Source: a virus
Taxonomy: Duplodnaviria; Caudoviricetes
Virus record (IMG/VR): IMGVR_UViG_3300012979_000003
Span: 1-64,000 of that record
DNA length: 64,000 nucleotides
Reading direction: 5' to 3' (one strand)
Both the position numbers and the translations under genes were made by a program. The notes beneath the pieces are model-generated. The model saw only the letters and a list, made by a program, of their open reading frames with translations. It searched no databases and was not told where the DNA came from. Below are positions 1 to 7,862 of this stretch, piece by piece; position 1 is the first letter of the stretch, and every line of letters starts with the position of its first letter.

Positions 1-159
1 ATATTCCTCCAGTAGTCTCTGCACTTTCTTAGAGTGTACTCTAAGCTTAGCTCAGGATTGGCATGTAAAAATGTCATTTCTGAGCATTTTTATTTAGCTT
101 TCCCTGAATTCATCCGATTATTCAATAAGTATTTCTACTTAAGGGGTCCGACTTTCACA
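1..159 (-). mobile_element. Group I self-splicing intron, 5' portion (runs off the left edge of the window)
   Basis: The minus strand shows the conserved core in order: P-like AATTCAGGGAAAGC (110-97), Q-like GCCAATCCTGAGC (62-50), R-like GTGCAGAGACTA (24-13). A P1 helix forms between GGGTTT (164-159) and the IGS GGACCC (149-144) with a U.G wobble. A P2-like hairpin TAAGTAGAAATACTTA follows. Confidence 0.8.
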
Positions 160-197
160 AACCCTCGTCTTAATAGCTGTATAATGACCTAACAGTC

Positions 198-464
198 TTA
201 TTTATCGAAAGGGGTGTTATCTTTTGAGGTAAATGGTTGTTCTATGCCGTTTTTTGCACTATATAATAATTTCCATTTATCATCTTTGTGATAACTTTCG
301 AATTCATCACCATCTTGAGTAAAGACTATTTCGTTATCTTTTGGATTATAATAAACCCCATCCATTTCTGTTGAGCAACATTCCCATCCGCTATCACTTA
401 TCAAGCTTACATTTTTAGGAATGTTATTTTTCTCGATGATTTCACTTAATAGTTCAAACGTCAT
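198..464 (-). CDS. Hypothetical protein with a strong Shine-Dalgarno site
   Basis: 88-aa ORF ending in TAA. AGGAGGT lies at 479-473, just upstream of the ATG. Confidence 0.7.
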   Translation of the reverse strand: MTFELLSEIIEKNNIPKNVSLISDSGWECCSTEMDGVYYNPKDNEIVFTQDGDEFESYHKDDKWKLLYSAKNGIEQPFTSKDNTPFDK

Positions 465-1120
465 TTTAATTTACCTCCTGTTACTTTAAAGTTTTACACC
501 TGTTTATAAATCGAAGGTGTGCACATGACCAGCTTATGGTTTCCTGCACACACCCGCCTTAGTATAGGCTAGTAGTATGAGGACCGATCAAAGTCCTCAT
601 ACTTAGTATTTTACATCTCTTGTGAAGTGAGTGATTGTGTAGTCATCCTGTACACATTTTTCACCTTAGTGCCATCGAACAACTTTCACTCCTTGCATAA
701 AAGCTATCTCCACAAGTTAGATGATATATATTGATTACGCTGTCATTGCAACACATCCTACTGAGTTGGATTTTATGTAGGCTTAACACTCTGATGTTGC
801 AGACTATTTAAGTACCATGACAAATATTGAATATTGCTATTTATTTATCGTCAGTAGACTAGACATCGATCCCCTTGGGATATTTCTGTATTGGCATATA
901 GCACGAACATAAGATGTCATATCCTTTAGGCACATTGGCGCGTATTTTTTACCCTCCCTTTGACACAAAGGTACTTGGGCAAATTGTCAATTCAATTTTT
1001 CTCACTCACACTGCGTTGCGGAATCTGTGACACCTACTTATCTGTCGGTGCAGTCGGTCGTCCTGAGTGTCTGTTGTGAAAGGTGTTTACGTTTAGCATA
1101 ACACCTTGGGTAGTCGGTGA

Positions 1121-1498
1121 TTAGTATCTCCAGGAGTCTTCACCGTAAATCTCACGTTTGCCTTCCGCGATAGCCTTGTCGCGTTCTTCGATGGCTTTGC
1201 GGGAGGCCTCATCGTAAGCCTTGTAGTTACCAGTTGCTTCGAAATCAGCGTCAGCTTTGTTCAGAGATTCGAGGTAAGCCTTTTGAGCTTTTTCTCTAAC
1301 GCGAGCCATGCGAAGAGCCTTAACGGCGTCTTCAGTGCTACTCTTTGATTGACTCAAGCGGCGCTCGATTTCAGCTGTTTCTTTGCGGAGTTTCTGCTCG
1401 GCAAGGTTTTCTTTAGCCTTAGCCATTGCTTCCTGTGAACCGTAGTTCTGTTCTTTCTCCTGATTTTTTACTGCGTCTTCTACATTAAAATTTCCCAT
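1121..1498 (-). CDS. Hypothetical coiled-coil protein
   Basis: 125-aa ORF rich in Ala/Glu/Lys, with an A-rich leader (TTATCAAAAAATTATG). Confidence 0.75.
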   Translation of the reverse strand: MGNFNVEDAVKNQEKEQNYGSQEAMAKAKENLAEQKLRKETAEIERRLSQSKSSTEDAVKALRMARVREKAQKAYLESLNKADADFEATGNYKAYDEASRKAIEERDKAIAEGKREIYGEDSWRY

Positions 1499-1752
1499 AA
1501 TTTTTGATAATTTTTAATTGGTTAATAACTGATTTATTTTCTGTTAGAGCGATATACTCTGAATGGACATTTATCACAATGAGTCATGTCGCAATTTATT
1601 GGGCAGTCGTTTTTAATCAGATTTTCTTCTGATTTAACAACTGGTCCTGTTGTACCTAGCAAATTCATTGTCTTTCCTGTTATAAGGTTTCATTTTTGCG
1701 TGCTTCACCTTTTTAGGGTGTGCTTGTTGCTTACTGTCCCAAGTTCGTTTCA

Positions 1753-2169
1753 TTAGATTCGAATTTTTGGGAGTGTGTCGATGAATTTTATTGCGTAGGT
1801 GTAGCCCATGTGGTCTAGCCATGCACGTTCATCTGCTGTTATGTCGATTAATACCTCTTCGATTGGTATTTCGACATGTCCATCAGCATATGCACGTAAT
1901 GCATTTCTATAAAATTCAGGAGTTTTTGGACTGCCGCACACTTTTTTAAGTGCTTCGATTGCTCTCTGAAATTTTTCACGGACTCTGTATCGTGCAATTC
2001 CAAAACTTCCACTATTTGTGAGTGTAAAGTCTGAATCACTTAACAGCACAGGTGTTGTGTTGGGGGCAATTACTTCTTTAACTGCCAAATCACCTAATGC
2101 TTGTGCAATTTGTTCTTCTGAACAATTTGCATCTACTATAATAAGTAGAATCTTTTTTCCATTAAACAT
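1753..2169 (-). CDS. Hypothetical protein
   Basis: 138-aa ORF preceded by the TTATCAAAATG start motif. Confidence 0.7.
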   Translation of the reverse strand: MFNGKKILLIIVDANCSEEQIAQALGDLAVKEVIAPNTTPVLLSDSDFTLTNSGSFGIARYRVREKFQRAIEALKKVCGSPKTPEFYRNALRAYADGHVEIPIEEVLIDITADERAWLDHMGYTYAIKFIDTLPKIRI

Positions 2170-2183
2170 TTTGATAAAGTTTT

Positions 2184-2342
2184 TTAGTGTTTGTACTTGT
2201 GGTATCTAGCACCACATCGTTTACAATATGTGCGAGTCGTGATTCCGGCTGAATTATTTGCGTTTTTGACTCTTTCTGTTGTCCAGGTGTGACCACGAAT
2301 CGCACATACTACTTTGTTCCATTTTTCTTTCAATGATGACAT
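2184..2342 (-). CDS. Small Zn-finger-like protein (DUF1660-like)
   Basis: Hand-translated 52 aa MSSLKEKWNKVVCAIRGHTW...YCKRCGARYHKYKH, with a C-x3-GH-x-W...CxxC pattern. Confidence 0.55.
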   Translation of the reverse strand: MSSLKEKWNKVVCAIRGHTWTTERVKNANNSAGITTRTYCKRCGARYHKYKH

Positions 2343-2672
2343 TTCGTATAAGTTTTAAGTTAAACAATGCGGACTTACATCTAGTCCTGGGTTAAATTCT
2401 CTACATCTGAGAATGACGATGGGTTTTTACATCTTTTCCTTGACGAATTAGAAAACAGAATAGTTTAATTGTTAGTACTATAGTTTAAAGTCAGTCCATT
2501 ACTGAACGGACTACCTGATTTTTACATCCGCACGATTGCAGACACAAATACGAATATTACAGAATTTCACATTTGTCGCATTCTCTGCTTGGTTCTGCTA
2601 TGCATCTGCTTACGCCCCACAGGTTTGTCATCTTCTGAAGATGCCCCTTTCGGGGCACCCAAAAACACATTA

Positions 2673-3167
2673 TCAATTAACAGAAGCTGAATCTGTCAGC
2701 AATCCTGATGGAATCGGTGCTTCGTCAATCGGCACTGATTTCTTATCAGGTTTTGCTTTGTTTGGCATTGGATCAGGTAGTTTTGGAGTTGAATAACCTT
2801 CTTCATATGCCGTGTAGTATGCAATGTTGGACTCATATATCTGGACAATATCTTCAATACCTAGTTGTAGACCATGGTGTTGTAGGATGTGTCGTAAAGA
2901 TATTTCTGGCATTTTTCGCCATTTTTCAACTGTTTGCATCCACTGAATGTCTTCATTTCTGAAGTCAATTGCTTGTTGAACTGATTCCCAAATGTTTGAG
3001 CTATAGTCCAAATAGTTTGTTGTGTCAACTGGTACATCTATTTGATGGTACTGTTGTAACTCGGCAATTACTTTTGCCTGTTCTCCTACCTTGTGCACGT
3101 TGAACGCAGACAAGGCGACTATGGCCATTACAGCCAAAATTGCTAAAATGTTGTTAAATGCTTTCAT
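2673..3167 (-). CDS. Hypothetical protein with N-terminal signal/TM segment
   Basis: 164-aa ORF with hydrophobic N-terminus ILAILAVMAIVALSA. Confidence 0.7.
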   Translation of the reverse strand: MKAFNNILAILAVMAIVALSAFNVHKVGEQAKVIAELQQYHQIDVPVDTTNYLDYSSNIWESVQQAIDFRNEDIQWMQTVEKWRKMPEISLRHILQHHGLQLGIEDIVQIYESNIAYYTAYEEGYSTPKLPDPMPNKAKPDKKSVPIDEAPIPSGLLTDSASVN

Positions 3168-3189
3168 TTTTCTAAATTGATTTTAGTTT

Positions 3190-3576
3190 TTAATCTGTAA
3201 ATCCGTGATTTTTAAATCTATTTGGTAAAAGTTGGCGTAGTACCCAATCAGTCTCACGCATACATTCTGTGGAATATACTGATGGTAGTTTGCATGGGTC
3301 TGTTTTAATTATAAAACCATGTGCTGATATTTCACGTATTAACATAAAATTTACAGCTCTGTTTAATAATTCTCCAGCTAGGATTGTCGGTTGCGCGTTA
3401 TTTGTGTACGCGTTACGCACATATATTGTGTATCCACTATATCGAACAGTTAGTTTATTTTTTAAGTTTTGTACCCATCTAACCGTTGTCATTGTTTTTG
3501 GTAACTTTTTACCACCCATAATGCTAGCTAGTACAGCTTTTACCAGTAGGTATATACAGTTTTCTTCCTTTGTCAT
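3190..3576 (-). CDS. Hypothetical protein
   Basis: 128-aa ORF in the tightly packed minus-strand array. Confidence 0.6.
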   Translation of the reverse strand: MTKEENCIYLLVKAVLASIMGGKKLPKTMTTVRWVQNLKNKLTVRYSGYTIYVRNAYTNNAQPTILAGELLNRAVNFMLIREISAHGFIIKTDPCKLPSVYSTECMRETDWVLRQLLPNRFKNHGFTD

Positions 3577-3949
3577 TGATTAGTTTGTTTAATCTTTTGA
3601 CAATTTTTACACGTACTTCATGCGGTACTGGTAAGTATGGGCGATGGTTTAACATCGCATTTGCCCACATCCAAATTGAGTCGAATTTAACATATTTTTG
3701 GTTTTCTTCAGAATGCCACGTTGTTGTCATTGTGATAATCTGATTATATCTGCAATTTAATCTATTTACCATTTGCTCGTCTGTTAGCATATAATACAGT
3801 AATACACTGTAATGTTTTGTTAATGCTACTCTTATTGCTTCGCTAAGGGTTTTTGGATCTTTAATACAGTAATGTTTTCCTAAATCTGTTTTTACTCGAC
3901 GTTGGATTCTCCAATGCATGAATGAATTGATTGCACTATTCGGTTTCAT
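3524..3949 (-). CDS. Hypothetical protein (ends in TAG)
   Basis: 141-aa ORF overlapping both neighbours. The terminal codon at 3526-3524 is TAG. Confidence 0.55.
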   Translation of the reverse strand: MKPNSAINSFMHWRIQRRVKTDLGKHYCIKDPKTLSEAIRVALTKHYSVLLYYMLTDEQMVNRLNCRYNQIITMTTTWHSEENQKYVKFDSIWMWANAMLNHRPYLPVPHEVRVKIVKRLNKLINDKGRKLYIPTGKSCTS

Positions 3950-4142
3950 CGTTGTTCTGTTTATCGATTAAGTCTTCTATTTTTTCATCTTGATATTCAG
4001 CATGTGCTGCACACGCTGCAAATATTGCAATCATCAGAGTTACTACAAAGAGTAAAGAACCTGGCTTTGTTGTGTAGCAAAGCCCAAACGTTACGATTGC
4101 TATTGCTAACAATCTTAATAAGAATTTGATTTTCTTTTTCAT
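3936..4142 (-). CDS. Small two-TM membrane protein
   Basis: Start reassigned to MKKKIKFLLRLLAIAIV (ATG at 4142), because the longer ORF runs through the tRNA-like element. Two hydrophobic segments. Confidence 0.6.
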   Translation of the reverse strand: MKKKIKFLLRLLAIAIVTFGLCYTTKPGSLLFVVTLMIAIFAACAAHAEYQDEKIEDLIDKQNNDETE

Positions 4143-4166
4143 ATCACTGAGTTTTGAGTTAGTTTG

Positions 4167-4238
4167 TCGGTCGTCCAGGAATCGAACCTGAATTTTACTA
4201 TGTACATCTCGTATGTTCTGCCATTGAACTAACAACCG
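4167..4238 (-). tRNA. tRNA-like element with an aberrant anticodon arm (identity undetermined)
   Basis: CGGTTGT TA GTTC AATGGCA GAAC A TACGA GATGTACA TAGTA AAAT TCAGG TTCGATT CCTGG ACGACCG A. Acceptor, D and T arms are intact. The anticodon stem is mismatched with an 8-nt loop, and no CCA is encoded. Confidence 0.75.
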
Positions 4239-4409
4239 TAATAATCACACTATTCTCACGAACCGTGTGATGCAGTTAAGTAATCTAAAATCGTATATGA
4301 TAGGAATATTAGAGTATCCAATAAAAATGCACTCTATCTTCACAGACGGAGTGCAATTCAGCAAATCTTACAAACTATAAGACACAATGATTCTTGGTTA
4401 AAAAGGTTT

Positions 4410-4919
4410 TTATTTACCAATCTTCTTTCCTGTCAATCTTTCTAGTTCATTCAAGGCTTTATGCCTGTTTTTGAATGATGTCTGAATAACCATACCATCT
4501 TTATCGATGTTAATGGTCCATTCGTAGGCATATCTACCACATACTGTGATAGTGTTGCCTAATTGGTCAGTTACTGTGAATCTGACTCTGTTTACACAAT
4601 TTGATTTGTGTATTTTATGCTCACGTCTCTTTTGTTTAGGCTGACGTAATGATTCTTCCCATTTTTGCATTATCTTTTTTGCTTCAGATAGTGATACGAC
4701 TTTTCGTGAACGCATTATGTCGGAACCTTCACATTTGACGAATATGTCATTCGAATTAGACTGTTTTATCGCAAAATATAGGTTATTTCTGTATGCGTAT
4801 GTTAAGGTGGTTGCGTTGGTAGCACCATGTAAAACAAAGAATTTGCTTATTTCATTTGCTATTGTTTCATCACCTAGTATTGCTATTTCGAACAATGGAT
4901 TTACTTTTTCGGTTTCCAT
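4410..4919 (-). CDS. Hypothetical protein
   Basis: ORF 4410..4973. The likely start is METEKVNP (ATG at 4919), which reduces overlap with the upstream gene. Confidence 0.6.
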   Translation of the reverse strand: METEKVNPLFEIAILGDETIANEISKFFVLHGATNATTLTYAYRNNLYFAIKQSNSNDIFVKCEGSDIMRSRKVVSLSEAKKIMQKWEESLRQPKQKRREHKIHKSNCVNRVRFTVTDQLGNTITVCGRYAYEWTINIDKDGMVIQTSFKNRHKALNELERLTGKKIGK

Positions 4920-5269
4920 AATGCTATGTTTTCGGTTATAATTCCAATTGGTAACAGTATACACAATATGCATTTAGATAATGTGACGAAATTGTCATTT
5001 ATCTCATTTAGCCATCCCCATATAATAACCAACGCAAAGACAATTGCAAATAAAGCACATATTGCTGCTATTATTAAACAGTTTAGCTGGAAATCATGGT
5101 CAATGCATGATGCTTTGGCTAACACTACATCTGTTAGTATTATTGATGCCATTGCAGACAATATCCATATGACTATCATATAGTCATTGTTGAATATTGG
5201 CCATCCGCTTGTCAGTAGCGTTAGCATGATGCATATACACCATGCTATTTTGTCTAGCTTTTCGTTCAT
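4901..5269 (-). CDS. Membrane protein (3-4 TM)
   Basis: 122-aa ORF with several hydrophobic helices. Confidence 0.65.
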   Translation of the reverse strand: MNEKLDKIAWCICIMLTLLTSGWPIFNNDYMIVIWILSAMASIILTDVVLAKASCIDHDFQLNCLIIAAICALFAIVFALVIIWGWLNEINDNFVTLSKCILCILLPIGIITENIALWKPKK

Positions 5270-5565
5270 AGGTTGTCCTCCTCATCATCAAATGTGAGAT
5301 TGATGTCGCTGAATGTCTCGAATGTTTGGTTTACCGTTATTGGTTTTTCGAGCAGTTCAGCTAGTTGGATGAGGTTGTCATTGTGGTCACCTGCCAGTGC
5401 TATTTTTGCACCGTGCATTCCCATTTCAATCATTGTGTGTTGTTTGCAATCTGATAATTCATTTGCGACGACGCATTTTATTGAATTAATGTTGACAATT
5501 GCTTGTTCTGGTTCGTGATCGTTAAACCATTGTTCTACGAACAAAAAATTTCCAATTCTTTTCAT
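5266..5565 (-). CDS. Hypothetical protein
   Basis: 99-aa ORF with a TTATCAAAATG start and an ATGA overlap with the next gene. Confidence 0.7.
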   Translation of the reverse strand: MKRIGNFLFVEQWFNDHEPEQAIVNINSIKCVVANELSDCKQHTMIEMGMHGAKIALAGDHNDNLIQLAELLEKPITVNQTFETFSDINLTFDDEEDNL

Positions 5566-5855
5566 TTTGATAATGTGTTAAAATGTTAATAAAATACCCA
5601 CTCACTGACTGACATTGCGGTAAGAAAGGAGGTCGGCTTGTCTAGTCGAGTGAGTGGGTCACCTGAGAATAATTTTAATAACTTTATTCCGACATTTTTA
5701 CAACTTCGGATTGTTGTGTAGGTGTTAACACACGAATCAACGTGTGGGAACAATCAAACCCCGTTGTGCGAACACAATATTAGGGCGATTCATAGTGGCT
5801 TTTTTCAAATCATAATGATTTGATACTTTGCCGTCTTTGATAGATTTGTAAATTC

Positions 5856-6005
5856 TCATGACTTTGACTTTATGTTTTTGACGTAGTCTTGGTACGTTTT
5901 ACAGTTTTCTAGCCATTCACCTTCTGTTGTGCATCTTTGAGACCCACAATACATACAGAATTTTTGTTTGAATTCTTTTAATCTATCTCGGGTGATTTTA
6001 TCCAT
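5856..6005 (-). CDS. Small Cys-rich hypothetical protein
   Basis: Hand-translated 49 aa MDKITRDRLKEFKQKFCMYCGSQRCTTEGEWLENCKTY... Confidence 0.45.
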   Translation of the reverse strand: MDKITRDRLKEFKQKFCMYCGSQRCTTEGEWLENCKTYQDYVKNIKSKS

Positions 6006-6166
6006 ATATCAGTGCTTTTAATGCTAATATGAACATCCACCCTAGATATATACCCATAATAATGAGTATTACCGAAAATAATGTATTTGCCAATTTATCC
6101 ATTTTGATAACGTGAATAATTGTACCCCTGCCAGATATTCTCTACGCTGACAGGGGTTGTGTGTCA

Positions 6167-6694
6167 TCACATGTCGGCAAGGTTGTTTATGATGACAGAT
6201 ACTAATCTGCCAAATCCAATACCGTTGCGTTCTTTGCGGTCTTCTTCAGGAACCCAATACAGTGCTTTTGCGATTTGGTCGCAAGCATACATTGAGTTTA
6301 GTATATATTCAAATTCACCATTTTTGAGTGCCTCGATTGTGTCTTGCATTACTTGAAACGAAGCGTGGCTGAATATGTGAAGCTGTCCGTTATTCTTTTT
6401 GAACTGTACGAACTGGTCGTTAGCAATCATGACCTTGTCACTGTTTCGCATCAACATGCACACACATGCATCCATGCGTGCTTCTAATGCACGAATTATT
6501 ACATCTGCAAATGTATCAATAACACCCAGTTCTAATGCCCGAATATCTATTGGTTTTACATCAATATCTTCTGTGAATTTTACACGGAAGAATGTCGAGA
6601 ACTCAGCATATCCGTTTTCTGGATAAACGATTGCTGTTGATTTGAGATTGGTTGATTTGATATCTGCCATCTTTTTCACAACCCCGATTATCAT
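6167..6694 (-). CDS. Hypothetical protein
   Basis: 175-aa ORF. The start may be the second Met (MADIKST). Confidence 0.65.
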   Translation of the reverse strand: MIIGVVKKMADIKSTNLKSTAIVYPENGYAEFSTFFRVKFTEDIDVKPIDIRALELGVIDTFADVIIRALEARMDACVCMLMRNSDKVMIANDQFVQFKKNNGQLHIFSHASFQVMQDTIEALKNGEFEYILNSMYACDQIAKALYWVPEEDRKERNGIGFGRLVSVIINNLADM

Positions 6695-6699
6695 GCTCG

Positions 6700-7520
6700 G
6701 GATAACACACTGTTATAAGTTGTGCGTGTCTTTCCACGCTGCCATCAACCCTTTCATCTCGAACAAGGGTAAGCCTACTATACTTCAGCTTTTACGAAAT
6801 TTGCACATAGTCTCTTCCTAGTGACTAACCAAGTTCTATTTTTACTTCCCAGAGACGCAGAAGGCTGTCTTTCCAAGCTGTCACGGATTACTGTTCTATC
6901 CTAAGTCAACTCAATCTGCATAATACGGTTCTTTTAGAATATTGTTAACCTACCATGATTAACTAAACGAGTGTGAAATATCCTAAGTTTTGTTATTATG
7001 CCTATTAAGATTTTACCGTTACGCGTATTCGTCGTGTTTCATATTTAGGCGATTGCCAAGGGAACGACTGACCCTGTCCGTCCACGCGCAAGGTTTGTTT
7101 GAAGGTTTCAGTTTATCTTACCTACAACTTGACCGTTTCATTGTAACCATCGTACGGACAACCTTTCCCCTCTTTGTTTCGGCACGGTTAAGGGAACCGC
7201 CACATTTCGCCTAATTTTCTTTACCATTTCCATAACGCCCCCTTTCCTTTCGTACTCCAGGGGCTAACTTTAGTTGCAGCTTTGTTTGTTGTTTATAGCA
7301 CATTTCTGTGGTAGGATTTTGTGATACTCAAAATGTGGAAATTTCTCACATTACCTACAATCTTTTTCTACTTATCGCCTACTGCTCTGGCTATCCCTTT
7401 CATCGGGAAGTCTGGTTGATTAGACCAAACCTGACGAGGTTAACCGTCAGGATTGTCACCGCTCTATTATCCTTTTGCCGCACACCCGTGACCAGTGCCA
7501 GGATACACAAAGGTGACTTA
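6700..7520 (-). ncRNA. Candidate large structured non-coding RNA
   Basis: About 820 nt with no minus-strand ORF in the track. Nested long-range helices (7045-7052 with 7207-7214; 7075-7081 with 7154-7160), several local hairpins and a duplicated GRCAGCKTGGAAAGACA motif. Confidence 0.45.
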
Positions 7521-7522
7521 TG

Positions 7523-7747
7523 TCACTCTTTGTCATACATCTCATCGTCAAGTTCTTGCCAACTAGATGCGCCATTTGCCGATGCATCTTGGGGAACTGT
7601 TGTTAATAAGATGTATATGTTTTCGGGGTGTTCGCCCCGCATTGCGAAGAGATATGTATTTGCATGTTCTTCATTATCAAACCCCTCTTTTATCGTGGGG
7701 TTGAAGAAGTTGTGACATACGGCCACGTAGAATTTTTTCGCTTTCAT
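7523..7747 (-). CDS. Hypothetical protein
   Basis: 74-aa ORF with a TTATCAAAATG start. Confidence 0.65.
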   Translation of the reverse strand: MKAKKFYVAVCHNFFNPTIKEGFDNEEHANTYLFAMRGEHPENIYILLTTVPQDASANGASSWQELDDEMYDKE

Positions 7748-7830
7748 TTTGATAATGCGTTTAAACGGATGAATAGGTTACCGCTATATATTAAATAGTG
7801 GCGTTAACGTTAATCCTAGATTGGAACTCC

Positions 7831-7862
7831 AAAAAGGGGTGAGTAGGGTTCCCTACTCACTC
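7831..7862 (-). terminator. Rho-independent terminator overlapping the TAG stop of 7853..8455
   Basis: GAGTGAGTAGGG-AA-CCCTACTCACCC followed by CTTTTT on the minus strand. Confidence 0.7.

Noticed and set aside
4143-4235. N-terminal extension of ORF 3936..4235
   Set aside because: It overlaps the tRNA-like cloverleaf, and the internal ATG at 4142 gives a typical membrane-protein start.
7308-7715. Plus-strand 135-aa ORF (and 6990..7214) as real genes
   Set aside because: They run opposite to the arm's transcription direction, start with GTG/TTG, overlap a better minus-strand gene in one case, and have atypical composition.
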